A stretch of DNA of 28,067 nt from Candidatus Shapirobacteria bacterium CG09_land_8_20_14_0_10_38_17 (GCA_002774085.1 PEZH01000010.1:1-28067); one strand, 5' to 3'; shown: positions 1 through 8,326, counted from the stretch's first letter. Notes: a model not told the origin generated them from the letters alone. Numbers and translations are program-made.

Positions 1-117
1 CCTCGCCGGCTAGGCGGGCCAACCACAGGTTGGAGATAGAGCGATATCAATAAACGCGCGCAGCGCGACACAAAGCGGAACATAAAACCCCGACCGGTAG
101 GGTCGTAATTTTTTTAT
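1..117 (+). mobile_element. TTAT-bounded short non-autonomous element, copy 1 (5' end cut by window edge)
   Basis: Aligns with copies at 611-726, 25430-25555 and 27913-28062 (ccaacc-loop-ggttggagat..gcgatatcaat.aacgcgcg..gcgcgacacaaagcggaaca.aaaaccccgacc-loop-ggtcgt..ttttttat). Starts inside the same cctcgccggctaggcggg insert seen in the 27913 copy. Confidence 0.85.
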
Positions 118-135
118 AAGGAGGTGAAAAAAAGA

Positions 136-468
136 ATGGTGAGTAAACAGAACAAAATAAAAAAGGCTGGATTTTTAGCTTTGGCCGCTACTATTGGGGC
201 GGCTGTTGGCGGAGCCTTGGGAGTGCTTTTTGCGCCTCAATCGGGCAAGGAAACAAGAGAGGATATTAAAAAAGCTCTCAATGACACTAAAAAGGAGATT
301 AAAGAAAAAGCCAACAAAATTCAGGATTTGACTTCAGATCAATACCAGAAGATTGTTGACGAAGTAGTTGATCAATACGAAGCTATCAAAAGCTTGGGGA
401 GTAAAAAAATAGCGAAAATTAAAAAAGGATTATACGCTAATTATCAAAAGACCCAAAAGACTTCTTAA
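136..468 (+). CDS. YtxH-domain protein (N-terminal Gly/Ala membrane segment, coiled-coil tail)
   Basis: Motif GAAVGGALGVLFAPQSGKETREDI typical of YtxH family; SD aggaggtg at 119-126 favours ATG 136 over the ORF-track start 124. Confidence 0.8.
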   Translation: MVSKQNKIKKAGFLALAATIGAAVGGALGVLFAPQSGKETREDIKKALNDTKKEIKEKANKIQDLTSDQYQKIVDEVVDQYEAIKSLGSKKIAKIKKGLYANYQKTQKTS

Positions 469-522
469 TCTTGATTTTTAGCAATATTTGTGTTAGACTG
501 CCAATATAATTGGAGGTTTCTA

Positions 523-579
523 TCTAAATTCTAAATAAAAGAAAGTCAGAATTTAGAAATTAGTCCGCCTGTGGCGGAC
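523..579. repeat. 10-bp inverted repeat plus GC micro-palindrome
   Basis: tctaaattct (523-532) / agaatttaga (548-557); gtccgcc-tgt-ggcggac (563-579). Confidence 0.75.
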
Positions 580-610
580 CCACCGAAGAGATGGGAATTG
601 AGGATTTTAT

Positions 611-726
611 TCCAAGAAAGCGAAAACTCCAACCACAGGTTGGAGATGAAGCGATATCAATGAACGCGCGAAACGCGACACAAAGCGGAACACAAAACCC
701 CAACCTTCAGGTCGTGGGTTTTTTAT
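611..726 (+). mobile_element. TTAT-bounded short non-autonomous element, copy 2 (116 bp, insert-free prototype)
   Basis: TTAT at 607-610 then tccaagaaagcg; AAAA 623-626; hairpin ctccaacc-aca-ggttggag 627-645; AAAA 694-697; bulged hairpin 698-718; ends TTAT 723-726. Similarity between copies stops at the TTAT on each side. Confidence 0.85.
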
Positions 727-750
727 AATAATTTATTTTTATTCTTAATT

Positions 751-3132
751 ATGCCTATTTTACTTAAACCAGGGCTAGGTCGTTCTTCTCGTAACGCTCA
801 GGAGTTGCCGATAATTCCTCTTCGTGATACGGTAGTTTTTCCTCAAAATGAGACCACCCTTACTTTTGGTCGGTCTCAATCAGTAGAGGCAATATTAAAA
901 GCTTTTTCTTCCCACAAGAAGGTTTTTTTAGTTTGTCAAAAAGATTCGCGGCAAAATCAACCGGGCAAAGAGGATATTTATTTGATAGGGACGATTTGTC
1001 AATTAGAAAACATTCTCAGAGTAGATGATGCTGTCTATGCGATTATTCGCGGTCTTTCTCGAGCACGAATAAAAAGAATTATTACTACAAAGCCATTTTT
1101 CGAAGGGGAATTGGAAATTTTAATAGAAGATGAAGGTAAAGATGATAAGGTGGCTGTTTTTACTAATCTTTTAATGGAGCAACTCAAAAAAGCTTTATCG
1201 TTAGGGAAAATAGTGGAACCTCAATTTATCAATCAGTTGAATTTTAATGATCCGGTGAGATTTGTTAACCGAATATCGGCTGTTTTGGATATTGATACTT
1301 CTAAGAAGCAAGAATTATTGGAGACTGATAATTTGAGAGTAAAGTTGGAGAAGGTGGCTAAATATTTAGCTCAAGAGATTAAGGTTTTGGAGTTAGACCG
1401 GAAGATTAGTTCTCAAGCGCAGGATCGTTTTGATAAATCAATGAGAGAGGCGGTTTTACGCCAGCGGCGAGAGACGATTGATAGAGAGTTGGGTAAAATG
1501 GGGGTGAGGGAGGTTGATCCGGAGATTAAAGAGTTAGAAAATAAAATTAGGACAGGAAAGATGCCATTGAAGGTGAGAAGGAAAGCCGATGGTGAACTAA
1601 AGAGGCTAGTGGAGATGTCACCGATGAATCCCGAGAGCGGTTATCTTCGTGCTTATTTGGATTGGTTAGTTAGCGTTCCCTGGGAAAAGAGAAGTCCTAA
1701 TAATATTAGCTTAAAAGAAGCGGTTGAAATTTTGGATGAAGATCATTATGGTTTAGAGAAGATAAAGGAGCGGATTTTGGAACATTTGGCGGTGATGCAA
1801 TTGCGGAGTAAGAGTAAAAAAGTTGGTAAGAAAGGAAAACAAGCGGTTTCACCGACAATCTTGTGTTTTATTGGCCCTCCTGGAGTAGGAAAAACTTCGG
1901 TGGGCAAATCAATTGCTCGAGCGTTGGGGCGGAAATTTGTTCGTGTTTCTTTGGGTGGAGTGAGAGATGAGGCGGAAATCCGCGGCCATCGACGGACTTA
2001 TGTGGGGGCCTTGCCGGGACGGATTATTCAAGGAATGAAAGAAGCGGGGACAAAAAACCCGATTTTTATGTTAGATGAAATTGATAAGATAGGTAATGAT
2101 TTTCGCGGTGATCCTTCGGCAGCGCTTTTAGAAGCTTTGGACCCGGAGCAAAATAAGGAATTTTCCGACCACTACCTTGAAGTGCCCTATGACTTATCAG
2201 AGGTCTTTTTTATCACCACTGGTAATATTTTAGATACCATTCCTCCTGCTTTACAAGATCGTTTAGAAATTATCCGTTTCCCCGGTTATACCGATGAAGA
2301 GAAATATCATATTGCCAAAGGTTTTCTTTGGCCTAAACAGACTGTCGCTCATGCTCTTGACGACAAACATCTTTTATTAACCTTAAATGCTTATTATGAA
2401 ATTATTCGTCGTTACACTCGAGAAGCAGGGGTGAGACAATTAGAGAGAGAGTTAGCAAAAATCTGCCGTAAGTTAGCAAGGCAAATTGCTGAAGGTAAAA
2501 AAGTAGGAAATAAAATTAACATTGCCGAAGTTCACTCTTTGTTGGGGACAGTTCAGTTTTCTTCTTTATCGGCGGAGAGGAAAGATGATGTGGGACGAAC
2601 GACTGGTTTGGCTTGGACTCAAGCGGGGGGAGAAATTTTGTTTATTGAGGTGGCTCTAATGCCCGGTAAAGGACAGACTCTTTTGACTGGGCACTTAGGG
2701 AATATAATGAAGGAATCTTGCCAGGCGGCGATTTCTTATGTGCGCTCTCATTGGAAAAAGTTTGGTTTAAAGAAGGATTTTGCTAAAAATTTGGATATTC
2801 ATATTCACGTTCCCGAAGGGGCTGTTCCTAAAGATGGTCCTTCGGCGGGAGTGGCAATTGCCACGGCGGTGGTTTCTGCTCTTACTAAGAAGAAAGTTAA
2901 GTCCAACATTGGGATGACCGGAGAGATCACTTTAAGGGGCAAAGTTTTGGAGGTTGGCGGGGTGAAAGAAAAGGTTTTGGCGGCCCACCGGGCGGGATTA
3001 AAAACAATAATTTTGCCCAAAAACAATAAAAAAGATTTGGAAGATATTCCTAAAAAAATTCGTGGGAGCTTAAGGTTTATTTTTGTTGATGAATTAAACC
3101 AAGCCTTAAAAACAGTCTTGAGAGAAAATTAA
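751..3132 (+). CDS. lon: ATP-dependent Lon protease
   Basis: N-terminal LON domain (LPIIPLRDTVVFP), Walker A GPPGVGKT, RGHRRTYVGALPG, catalytic PKDGPSAG and GGVKEK. Confidence 0.98.
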   Translation: MPILLKPGLGRSSRNAQELPIIPLRDTVVFPQNETTLTFGRSQSVEAILKAFSSHKKVFLVCQKDSRQNQPGKEDIYLIGTICQLENILRVDDAVYAIIRGLSRARIKRIITTKPFFEGELEILIEDEGKDDKVAVFTNLLMEQLKKALSLGKIVEPQFINQLNFNDPVRFVNRISAVLDIDTSKKQELLETDNLRVKLEKVAKYLAQEIKVLELDRKISSQAQDRFDKSMREAVLRQRRETIDRELGKMGVREVDPEIKELENKIRTGKMPLKVRRKADGELKRLVEMSPMNPESGYLRAYLDWLVSVPWEKRSPNNISLKEAVEILDEDHYGLEKIKERILEHLAVMQLRSKSKKVGKKGKQAVSPTILCFIGPPGVGKTSVGKSIARALGRKFVRVSLGGVRDEAEIRGHRRTYVGALPGRIIQGMKEAGTKNPIFMLDEIDKIGNDFRGDPSAALLEALDPEQNKEFSDHYLEVPYDLSEVFFITTGNILDTIPPALQDRLEIIRFPGYTDEEKYHIAKGFLWPKQTVAHALDDKHLLLTLNAYYEIIRRYTREAGVRQLERELAKICRKLARQIAEGKKVGNKINIAEVHSLLGTVQFSSLSAERKDDVGRTTGLAWTQAGGEILFIEVALMPGKGQTLLTGHLGNIMKESCQAAISYVRSHWKKFGLKKDFAKNLDIHIHVPEGAVPKDGPSAGVAIATAVVSALTKKKVKSNIGMTGEITLRGKVLEVGGVKEKVLAAHRAGLKTIILPKNNKKDLEDIPKKIRGSLRFIFVDELNQALKTVLREN

Positions 3133-3409
3133 TTTTACTGATAGGAGTGGCATTGATAGGAAGGACTCCTTCGGGTAATTGATAACCATTAATTTTTACT
3201 GAACCGCTCACTGTATAAACTCTTTCTGGATCTGCTTGAGGAAAATCAGAATTATTTTGTGTTGTCGGGGGATGTTTATTCTCTCCCTCGAATTGCTTCG
3301 CATATTGCCTAAAAGGACCACTACTTTGTAATTCAACCGCTTTTCTTCTTGTTGCCGTTCTTTCTGGAAAGATTGGTCTCCCTTGCTCGTGTTCTGGTGT
3401 TCTAACCAT
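3077..3409 (-). CDS. hypothetical protein (110 aa), directly downstream of tRNA-Glu
   Basis: Open frame with ATG filling the lon-tRNA gap; overlaps lon 3' end convergently; no recognisable motif. Confidence 0.4.
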   Translation of the reverse strand: MVRTPEHEQGRPIFPERTATRRKAVELQSSGPFRQYAKQFEGENKHPPTTQNNSDFPQADPERVYTVSGSVKINGYQLPEGVLPINATPISKINFLSRLFLRLGLIHQQK

Positions 3410-3410
3410 G

Positions 3411-3482
3411 TGACCCCACCGGGATTTGAACCCAGATTATCAGAATGAGAATCTGATGTCCTAACCATTAGACGATGGGGCC
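3411..3482 (-). tRNA. tRNA-Glu (anticodon CTC), CCA not encoded
   Basis: Reverse complement GGCCCCA-TCGTCTAATGGTTAGGAC-A-TCAGA-TTCTCAT-TCTGA-TAAT-CTGGG-TTCAAAT-CCCGG-TGGGGTC-A folds as a cloverleaf; followed by CAT, not CCA. Confidence 0.95.
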
Positions 3483-3492
3483 AAAAGAATAA

Positions 3493-3645
3493 TTAAAAGT
3501 CAAAAGTCTAAAGTTAAAAATAAGGAAGCGGGGGTTAAAGCCTCTTGCTTTGTTTTCCGACAACTTTTAACTTTTGACTTTTAACTGTTTTGTTTTAGTG
3601 TATTCTAATTTTTAACTTTTAACTTTTGACTTTTAACTGTTTTGT
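3493..3645. repeat. degenerate 7-mer array with inverted arm and exact 32-bp direct duplication
   Basis: ttaaaagtcaaaagtctaaagttaaaa (3493-3519) is inverted relative to aacttttaacttttgacttttaactgttttgt, which occurs identically at 3562-3593 and 3614-3645. Confidence 0.85.
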
Positions 3646-3649
3646 GCTT

Positions 3650-3700
3650 ATTATATGCCTTTTTTCTTTGCTTGACAAGAGAAGGGCAAAGTAATATAAT
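3650..3700. promoter_or_regulatory. back-to-back sigma70 promoters (greA on +, tRNA-Glu on -)
   Basis: + strand TTGACA 3672-3677, 17 nt, TATAAT 3695-3700; - strand TTGTCA 3678-3673, 17 nt, TATAAT 3655-3650. Confidence 0.8.
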
Positions 3701-3803
3701 CTCTTCATCTTTTTGAAAAAGCTTGATATACTTCTTAAACTTTTTCGGAAATATCAGCCAAAATTAAACTTCAGAATTTATTTTTTAGCAGTTGCTAATG
3801 ATA

Positions 3804-4283
3804 ATGAATGCCAAAAATTTTGATAACCAGGTTAGATTGATTACCAAAGAGGGGTTTGAGAATCTGCGAAAAAAGTTGTTAAAACTTGAAGATAAGCGAC
3901 CCTATTTGGTGGATCGATTGGAGCATGCCCGCAGTATGGGTGATTTGGCGGAAAACAGCGAATATCACAGCGCTAAAGAGGACTTAGAGTTTTTGGATAG
4001 GCAAATTGATGAATCAAGAGAAGCAATTACTCATTTACGGGTAGCACAAAATAGGAACGATCATTCTCGGGTTTTGTTAGGTTGTCGAGTAAAAGTGGTG
4101 GCTGACGATGGCAAACAGATTGTTTTTATGATTGTGGGGGATTATGAAAGCGATCCTCTTAAGGGAAAGATTTCTTATTCTTCGCCATTGGGAAAAGCTT
4201 TATTTGAAAAGCGGGTAGGCGATAAAGCGATGGTGAAAACTCCCAATGGGATTGTCCATTACAAGATTTTGGCTATAAATTAG
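3804..4283 (+). CDS. greA: transcription elongation factor GreA
   Basis: LITKEGFENL, GDLAENSEYHSAKE, ISYSSPLGKAL, VKTPNG motifs; start could be ATG 3798 or 3804. Confidence 0.95.
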   Translation: MNAKNFDNQVRLITKEGFENLRKKLLKLEDKRPYLVDRLEHARSMGDLAENSEYHSAKEDLEFLDRQIDESREAITHLRVAQNRNDHSRVLLGCRVKVVADDGKQIVFMIVGDYESDPLKGKISYSSPLGKALFEKRVGDKAMVKTPNGIVHYKILAIN

Positions 4284-4311
4284 TTTTTCTTTGTGATAAA
4301 CTATTAACTAA

Positions 4312-5760
4312 ATGGTTAGTCGTTTACAAAAAATTCGCCAAGAGAGAGTTGAAAAGTTTAAAAAGCTTCGTCAATTGGGTGTTGACCCATACCCTCCTCG
4401 AGCTAAAAGACGGGAAGTAATCGGGAAAGCACGCGCTAAATTAGGTAAGGTTGTTTCGGTGGCGGGAAGAATTATAGCTTGGCGGGCTCATGGCGGCGCT
4501 GTTTTTGCTGACTTAATGGATTCTTCTGGAAAAATTCAGCTCTTTTTTAGCCGCAGTGATGTTGGCGAGAAAAATTACGAAATTTTGACACTTTTGGATA
4601 TCGGTGATTTCTTGTGTGCTCAAGGAGAAGTTTTTAAGACAAAGCAGGGGGAAATTACTGTCAGGGTAGTTTCTTTTCAGGTTTTAGCTAAATCTTTGCG
4701 TTCTCTGCCAAACAGGTGGAGGGGCTTGAGAGATATTGAAATTCGTTCCCGAAAAAGGTATTTAGATCTTTTAGTAAACCCGAAATCGCAGCAGGTTTTT
4801 ATCCATCGCAGTCAAATTATTCGCTCGTTGCGGAAAATTTTGGATGAAGAGGGATTTTTGGAGGTGGAAACGCCTACTCTTCAACCTCTTTATGGCGGCG
4901 CTTCGGCGCGGCCTTTTATCACTCGTCATCACGCTTTAGATGCTAATTTATATCTTAAAATTTCCGATGAACTTTATTTAAAGAGGTTGATTATTGGTGG
5001 TTTGGATAAGGTTTACGAAATTGACCATAATTTTAGGAATGAGGGGATAGATAAATCTCATAATCCGGAGTTTACGATGATGGAATGTTATTGGGCAATG
5101 GCTGATTATAAAGATATGATGGGATTAACGGAAAAGATTTTTTCACAGATAGCCGTTGAGGTTTTGGGGACGACTAAGATTAATTATGGTGGTCACCAAA
5201 TTGACTTAAAACCGCCTTGGCCAAGAATAACAATGTTTGCGGCGATTAAGAAATATTTAGGTTGGGAGCCGAAGAAGATAAGCGATGGGGATTTGAAGAA
5301 GAAGTTAGCAGAGAGAAATCTTACCCTGTCAGGGGGTTTTAATCGGGGCTTGGCGGTGGCGGCTCTTTTTGAAGAGGTGGAGCCGAACTTAATCCAACCT
5401 GTTTTTATTACTGATTTTCCTAAAGAAACAACTATGCTTTGTAAGCCGCGAGAGGATAATCCTGAATTAATTGAGCGTTTTGAGCCTTATATTGCCGGTT
5501 TTGAGGTGGGCAATGCCTATTCTGAGTTAAATAATCCCTTTTTACAGCGGCAGTTTTTTGAAGAACAGGTTAAAGCGGCGGCGGTTGGTGACGAAGAGGC
5601 ACCTCCTTTGGATGAAGATTTTTTGGAGGCGATGGAATATGGAATGCCGCCGACGGGAGGTTTGGGAATTGGTATTGATCGGATGGTAATGCTTTTAACC
5701 GGTGAAGAAAATATTCGCGATGTGATTTTATTTCCAACATTGAGACCGGAAAAGAAATAG
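4312..5760 (+). CDS. lysS: lysine--tRNA ligase (class II)
   Basis: OB anticodon domain (VSVAGRI..RAHG), FLEVETPTL, motif 2 FRNEGIDKSHNPEFTMME, motif 3 YGMPPTGGLGIGIDR. Confidence 0.98.
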   Translation: MVSRLQKIRQERVEKFKKLRQLGVDPYPPRAKRREVIGKARAKLGKVVSVAGRIIAWRAHGGAVFADLMDSSGKIQLFFSRSDVGEKNYEILTLLDIGDFLCAQGEVFKTKQGEITVRVVSFQVLAKSLRSLPNRWRGLRDIEIRSRKRYLDLLVNPKSQQVFIHRSQIIRSLRKILDEEGFLEVETPTLQPLYGGASARPFITRHHALDANLYLKISDELYLKRLIIGGLDKVYEIDHNFRNEGIDKSHNPEFTMMECYWAMADYKDMMGLTEKIFSQIAVEVLGTTKINYGGHQIDLKPPWPRITMFAAIKKYLGWEPKKISDGDLKKKLAERNLTLSGGFNRGLAVAALFEEVEPNLIQPVFITDFPKETTMLCKPREDNPELIERFEPYIAGFEVGNAYSELNNPFLQRQFFEEQVKAAAVGDEEAPPLDEDFLEAMEYGMPPTGGLGIGIDRMVMLLTGEENIRDVILFPTLRPEKK

Positions 5761-5800
5761 GGTCGATGTTATATTGTTACATTGTTAAATTATTGGGGCT

Positions 5801-5996
5801 GTCATTCTGACAAAAGTCAGAATCAATAATTAATTTTCAATTTCCAATTTACAATTTTTATTGAATTTTTAATTGATTAATTTTCAATTTTTTAATGATT
5901 AACGTCCAGATCCTGAAATGAATTCAGGATGACCGTGCTCCGTCATTCTAAATTCATTTCAGAATCATCTTAAAGAGGCCCTGAATTTATTTCAGA
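5801..5996. repeat. REP/RPE-like two-hairpin units, first unit expanded by 7-mer cargo
   Basis: gtcattctga-caaaag-tcagaatc (5801-5824), 84 nt of aattt-type 7-mers, gatcctga-aatgaat-tcaggatgac (5909-5933); second degenerate unit 5942-5996. Confidence 0.8.
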
Positions 5997-6058
5997 CAGC
6001 CAGCAATTTAGCAGTATAATAAATTTGAAATTTGCAATTTAAAATTTAAAATTGATTT

Positions 6059-6619
6059 ATGGATAGAGATAAGATCTTAACTATTATTAACCAGTATATT
6101 GATAATAAAAATATTGTTAAACATATGTTGGCAATGGAGGCTTTTATGCGCGCTTTGGCGAAAAAGTTAGGGGGAGATGAAAATGAATGGGGCATTACCG
6201 GTTTGGTTCATGATTTAGATTATATTGATAGCACACCAGCAAATAAGCATGGTTTATTGGTGGGTGAGATGTTAGAAAAAGAAGGAGTTATTTTATCTCC
6301 AGAGATTTTGTCTGCCGTGGCGGCTCATAATTGGCACAATAATGGTGTTGAACCAAAATCGTTAATGGATTGGGCATTATTTTGCGGCGATTCGTTAACT
6401 GGTTTAATTGTTGCCTGTACTTTGGTTTTGCCTTCTAAAAAATTGGCTGACTTAACAGTAAAATCAATTTTGAAAAAGTTTCCTCAAAAGAGATTTGCCG
6501 CTGGCACTAGGCGAGAAGATATTAAAATGGGCGAGGAAAAGTTAGATATTCCCTTAGAGGAATTTGTTGATATTTGTCTTAAGGCAATGCAGGGAATAAA
6601 CAAAGAGCTGGGGCTGTAA
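6059..6619 (+). CDS. HD-superfamily hydrolase (HDIG/COG2316-like)
   Basis: KHMLAMEAFMRALA...WGITGLVHDLDY...HNW...DSLTGLIVAC pattern (H...HD...D). Confidence 0.85.
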   Translation: MDRDKILTIINQYIDNKNIVKHMLAMEAFMRALAKKLGGDENEWGITGLVHDLDYIDSTPANKHGLLVGEMLEKEGVILSPEILSAVAAHNWHNNGVEPKSLMDWALFCGDSLTGLIVACTLVLPSKKLADLTVKSILKKFPQKRFAAGTRREDIKMGEEKLDIPLEEFVDICLKAMQGINKELGL

Positions 6620-6621
6620 AG

Positions 6622-6643
6622 GATTAAAGTAATAAAAGAATAA
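6622..6643. repeat. left inverted arm of four-helix-bundle cassette
   Basis: gattaaagtaataaaagaataa; reverse complement matches 7049-7070 at 19/22 positions; abuts ATG 6644. Confidence 0.65.
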
Positions 6644-7024
6644 ATGGATAATCACGAAATGGTAAAAAACTATAAAGAACTAAAATTTTGGCAAACAGCT
6701 TTTGAAACAACGATTTTGGTTATAGATCTTACAAGAAAATTGCCAAAAGAAAAAGTTTTTTGGATAATAGGTGATCAAATTATTCGAGCCGCTTCGTCTG
6801 TTGGTGCTAATATCGCTGAAGGGTTTGGTCGTTATAGAGGAAAAGAATATGAGCGTTTTTTACAAATTTCTCTTGGATCAGCAAATGAGGTAGAATATTG
6901 GTTGTTAGTTATTAAAAGAATTTTACCAAAATTAAATGAAGAAATTTTCAGGACAATAGAAATTAATAAACAAACGATCAAAATGTTGGCTAGTTTATTA
7001 AAAACTTTAAGAGCGAAGAGATAA
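6644..7024 (+). CDS. four helix bundle protein (23S rRNA IVP-like family)
   Basis: YKELKFWQ...LPKE...DQIIRAASSVGANIAEGFGR...FLQISLGSANEVEYWL signature. Confidence 0.92.
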   Translation: MDNHEMVKNYKELKFWQTAFETTILVIDLTRKLPKEKVFWIIGDQIIRAASSVGANIAEGFGRYRGKEYERFLQISLGSANEVEYWLLVIKRILPKLNEEIFRTIEINKQTIKMLASLLKTLRAKR

Positions 7025-7048
7025 ACTTTAATAAGACTGACTGATCAC

Positions 7049-7070
7049 TTATTCTTTTAGTCCTTTATTC
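7049..7070. repeat. right inverted arm of four-helix-bundle cassette
   Basis: ttattcttttagtcctttattc, 9-mer periodic, ends 2 nt before serS ATG. Confidence 0.65.
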
Positions 7071-7072
7071 TT

Positions 7073-8326
7073 ATGCTTTCGATTGACTTTATCCGCCAAA
7101 ACCAGCCGTTAGTTAAAAAAGTGGCTCGTGATAAACAGCTTGACCCAAGAGTGGTAGATCAACTTTTGGCAGTAGATATTAAAAGGCGAGAATTAATTCA
7201 GAAAATAGAAAAATTGCGGGAAGAAAGAAACCAGGTAGCGCGGCAGAGGGATATTAAACGAGGCAGAGAGATAAAGGCGGCGTTAGTAAAATTCGAACCT
7301 CAACTTAAAAAGGTTGAGAGAGAATATAAAAGCTTAATGCTTTTAATTCCCAATATTCCTTCAGAGGATTCGCCCTTAGAGAATAAAGAAATTTATCGCT
7401 GGGGTAAAAAGCCGAAATTTAACTTTCCGCCGCGTTCTCACCTTGAGCTTGGGGAAGAATTAGGTTTAATTGATTTAAAAACAGGAGTTAAAACAGCCGG
7501 TTTTCGTGGTTATTATCTTAAGAATGAGGCGGCCTTACTTCATTTTGCCCTTTTATTTTATTCTTGGCAAAAGATTATTAGTAAGGGCTTTATGCCCATG
7601 TTGCCGCCGACAATTTTGCGGGAATTTGCTCTTTTGGGAAGTGGTCACTTTCCTTTTGGTCGGGAGGATGTTTACCAAATTGCCAATCCCGGTAAACTCT
7701 CAAGTGGTGAGGAAATTAGCGAACCATTGTTTTTAGCGGGCACGGCCGAGCCCTCGCTTTTAGCTTATTTTGCCAATCAGACTTTAAAAGAAGAGGATTT
7801 ACCGGTTAAAGTTTGCGGTTGGACGCAATGTTATCGCTCCGAAGTGGGCAGTTATGGCCGGGATACTCAAGGTGTTTACCGGATTCATGAGTTTATGAAG
7901 GTAGAGCAAGTGGTTTTATGTCTAGCTGATGAGGTAATTGCTGACCAGTGGCTGGAGAAAATGCGGATTTATTCGGAAGAAATTTTGCGTGATTTAAAAC
8001 TTCCATATCGGGTAATTCAGGTGGGAAAGAAAGAGATGGGGGTGGGGAAGCGGAAAATGTATGATTTGGAAACCTGGATGCCATCAAGAGAGGGCTATGG
8101 GGAAACCCATTCTGATTCTAATTTGACCGATTGGCAGGCGCGGCGGCTAAATATAAAATATAAAACTAAGAAAGGGGAAACAAAATATGTTTACGCCTTG
8201 AATAATACGGTGATTGCTTCGCCGCGGATTTTAATTGCCATTTTGGAAAATTATCAGCAAAAAGACGGCTCCATTTTAATTCCCAAGGTTTTGCAAAAGC
8301 TAGTAGGGAAAAAGGAAATTGGCTAA
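7073..8326 (+). CDS. serS: serine--tRNA ligase
   Basis: MLSIDFIRQN start, LAGTAEPSL, CYRSEVGSYGRDTQGVYRIHEFMKVEQ, YDLETWMPSR, LNNTVIASPRILIAILENYQQKDGSILIP. Confidence 0.98.
   Translation: MLSIDFIRQNQPLVKKVARDKQLDPRVVDQLLAVDIKRRELIQKIEKLREERNQVARQRDIKRGREIKAALVKFEPQLKKVEREYKSLMLLIPNIPSEDSPLENKEIYRWGKKPKFNFPPRSHLELGEELGLIDLKTGVKTAGFRGYYLKNEAALLHFALLFYSWQKIISKGFMPMLPPTILREFALLGSGHFPFGREDVYQIANPGKLSSGEEISEPLFLAGTAEPSLLAYFANQTLKEEDLPVKVCGWTQCYRSEVGSYGRDTQGVYRIHEFMKVEQVVLCLADEVIADQWLEKMRIYSEEILRDLKLPYRVIQVGKKEMGVGKRKMYDLETWMPSREGYGETHSDSNLTDWQARRLNIKYKTKKGETKYVYALNNTVIASPRILIAILENYQQKDGSILIPKVLQKLVGKKEIG

Noticed and set aside
660-726. c-di-GMP-I riboswitch or other known riboswitch (gacacaaagc plus terminator-like end)
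   Set aside because: Only a short word resembles the GEMM core, the rest does not fit, and one copy interrupts a signal peptide, which points to mobility. An Rfam scan was not possible.
3208-3468. 86-aa ORF on - strand
   Set aside because: Begins inside tRNA-Glu and is a frame shadow.
6644-7024. Diversity-generating retroelement (Avd)
   Set aside because: No reverse transcriptase and no TR/VR pair with adenine-specific mismatches in the window.
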